A DNA stretch of 64,000 bases from assembly GCF_009914755.1 (NCBI RefSeq), contig NC_060940.1; one strand, 5' to 3'. The DNA is from the human T2T-CHM13v2.0 reference genome, Homo sapiens. The notes beneath the pieces are model-generated. The model saw only the letters and a list, made by a program, of their open reading frames with translations, was not told the origin of the DNA and did no database searches. Positions 59,631 to 64,000 of this stretch are shown here, piece by piece (positions within the stretch are counted from its first letter, which is position 1; each line of letters begins with the position of its first letter). The position numbers were made by a program, and so were the translations under genes.

Positions 59631-60904
59631 ATCTGGGGAAGCGTAAGCCATGAAAATCAGAGTAAAACTGTCATAGTAGATATTAAAACAAACCAAGATG
59701 GGTAGTGCTAAGAATCCACTATCTCTGAGAGGGAAATGGACTGGCTTTAGGATATGGCAGGTATTTCTTTCTCATTGGAGCAATTAACCTCTATGTTCTG
59801 TAACCACCCCCACCTCAGTCTCATGCACTGACACATTTACAACCTACTCAAAGCCTCAGCAGGCCATCGAGCTCAGAGGAACTTTGGGGAACACCACCCA
59901 TTTAGAGATGCAGCAGAGTAACTTCAGACTTTTCTCTAGATAGACAAATTGTTTTCAAAGAGAACTGAATATAAAATAATTTTACTCTGGGAAGGGAATG
60001 TCATTTTTAAAAAAGAAAAGGAAAGAAGTGTGAGAAAAAGAAAACTCTTTTGCAAGTCAGTTTTCCAAACTGAACCAGGCACTGCTGTCACCTAGGAGGG
60101 CAACGTAACTTTGCCAAACAGTATTGCTGAACTTTTTCTGCACATCTAGAAGCCTTGTTTTCTAGAGGGAAATCTTGAGATGGGCTAGCACTATTTAGTG
60201 CTGACCTAATTCCCATGAAAAACAAAGAACTACCATAAATGGAGAAACTGGGCTTTGACAATTGCATCAATATCTAATACAAAAATCGAAGATGGCTTAA
60301 GGTTAAAGGATGCATATCCAGCATAGTGCTATATGCAGTACATATATTCGTTCTATGTAACAACCACATATTTATATTCTTTCAGAAACTTGCTTTTTAT
60401 AATGCTAGTCCCTGATTCAGTGATTGCAAGTGATTTAAAAAAATCAATCCATATCCACAAATAGTCACCAATATATACTGAAATTTGAAATCCCATAGTA
60501 TTTGCCATTTTGGACTTCCCATCACAAGGAGCAGCCATATTCATTCATCTACCAAGAGATCACCAGCAATATACCCGGTGTCATTTAGATGTCCATTAAG
60601 ATGAGATACAGCACAAATTATAAAAACACTCCTTTGGAAGAGCTACCACCTGGTTACAGCAGGACCAAAAAAGGCAGACATGTATAAGGTGTACCAAAGA
60701 GGAAATTTTAACAGAGCATTCAGATACACCCGGAGGAAAGTAATTATAAAGGACAATAACTTTTCCTTTCCGTATACCAATATTTTTTTGCACACAGCTA
60801 ACACTTAGTTAATGCATTTCCATAGGAGTTTTATTCCATTTAAAATATGTAATGGGATAAACATAGTCAGCAGCACAGTCATGGTCCATTAGAGAGGGCA
60901 GATG

Positions 60905-61496
<592 letters not shown>

Positions 61497-61727
61497 TGAC
61501 ACAGAGATTGCTCCACCAAAGTGAAGGATATGGCAGTGGGATTGTGACCTAAGAAAATGAACAAATTCCAGGATATCTGCTTTACTAAGATAATTCATTT
61601 TAAAAGCAGATGAGATACAAATAAATTTTAAAACCCCACATAAATAGAGAGATGATTTGGCATCACTGTGGACCAAATGATTTTTTACTGTACCACATGA
61701 CCAGTTTTGTGACTTTTCTTCAATAAC

Positions 61728-62031
61728 TTTTTTTTTTTTTTTTTTTTTTTAAGGCAGAGTCTTGCTCTGTCACCCAGGTGGAGTCTCACTCTGTCGCCCA
61801 GGCTCACTGCAAGGTCTGCCTCCCGGGTTCATGCCATTCTTCTGCCTCAACTTCATGAGTAACTGGGACTACAGGAGACCACCACCACGCCCGGCTAATT
61901 TTTTTGTATTTTTAGTAGAGACAGGATTTCACCGTGTTAGCCAGTATGGTCTCGATCTCCTGACCTTGCGATCCACCCACCTCAGCCTCCCAAAGTGCTG
62001 GGGTTACAGGCGTGAGCCACCGCACCCAGCT
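61728..62031 (-). mobile_element. AluY-like with rearranged 3' end
   Basis: gagtcttgctctgtcacccagg then gagtctcactctgtcgcccagg then ctcactgc; TSD cttttcttcaataacttt. Confidence 0.9.
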
Positions 62032-62529
62032 GCCTTTTCTTCAATAACTTTTAAGCGACCTGAGTGGCAGTTTGTGGGCTGGAGAGTTTGATCGGATATG
62101 GAAAAATGGACATACAGATTGGTTTAAAGGATTTAAATCTCCATGTCCTATAAAGCCAGTAGATCCATCACTCACATAGCAGAGAAGTTACATGGGATCA
62201 CATCATGTCATATTCATGTCTCAAAAGAGTTACCTGTTCCAATATGAAATAATTAAACCTTCTAAAATTGTGCTGCTTTTTTCATATACAAAATGTTTGT
62301 GTTTCAGAGAGCTCTTATTATCAAATATAAGGTCTTTGGCCATCTCCACAAAAATACTAAGGGAGTTTTAAAGATTCCTTGAAGGGATGATGGAAAGTTT
62401 CTGAACAAAACCTCCTGAGACAGAAAATGCTCCCATATGAAGCCTTGAAGTTTCTACTACAGGAAATGTGAGGACATCACGTCAGATCTGTGAATCTCAG
62501 ACTGCTGGACCCTTCTCTTTATAGTCACA

Positions 62530-63470
<941 letters not shown>

Positions 63471-64000
63471 TTGCTTATTTGCCACAAGATAAAGACCTGC
63501 TAAGTAAGAATGAGTTAAAAATGCTCAAGAAGATACTGGTCCCTAATATTTGGAGCTATGAGAACATTTAAAAGAACTATACCAACAGGAAGGATAACAA
63601 TCAGTAAAAGTTTAGCACTAAATTTAGTTGCACATAATATAGACTGAACCAACACATAATCTCATTTTGAGATTAAGGTGGGAACTTACTGGAGAAGCCA
63701 CAAAACCTACTGCACTGAAGTTTTGCCATTATTGGACGGTAGCCTTGCTTGACTTGCACCATCTCATCTTCCCTCACTTCCACTTCCCTTGTCCAAATCT
63801 CAGGTTTCCTGAAGAACCAGTTCAAGTGCCACCTTCTCTTGAGCATTCTGGCCAATTAGCAATTTCTTTGAATTCCTACAGCACTTACAATTCCTCATTT
63901 AAAGCTTCATTACATATGCAATGGCTTGTGTTCTATTTATAACACATATTAACATATTCATGTTTCCTTCTTGAAAATGATAAGTCACCTCTACGAAGCT

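Overview
This is non-coding DNA from a catarrhine primate, most likely human or another ape, and looks like the interior of a large intron or a gene desert. I find no protein-coding gene, structural RNA gene, CRISPR array or prokaryotic system. None of the tracked ORFs (max 166 aa) resembles a protein I recognise; many are Alu, L1 or L2 read-throughs. The window holds 31 Alu-family insertions (FLAM, J, S and Y types, most with visible target-site duplications, TSDs), an L1PA8-like fragment with a twin-priming inversion, a near-complete HAL1 (~35.6-37.8 kb) and a long decayed L1M (~46-52.6 kb) with nested elements. It also has L1MB/ME, L2 and MIR fragments, two solo LTRs and four hAT DNA-transposon relics. 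Between the repeat clusters lie multi-kb Alu-free blocks with retained CpGs and homeodomain, TALE, SOX and TCF motifs, suggesting the enhancer landscape of a developmental gene. I cannot name the locus. I did not find a new biological system that I can support. The most unexplained signals are: a perfect 32-bp direct repeat 3.4 kb apart in unique DNA; a 102-bp, 86%-identical local duplication inside an old L1; an AT-rich 21-bp hairpin; an internally collapsed Alu next to an inverted Alu; and two minus-strand candidate exons. Repeat subfamily names come from remembered consensus sequences and need RepeatMasker/Dfam confirmation.
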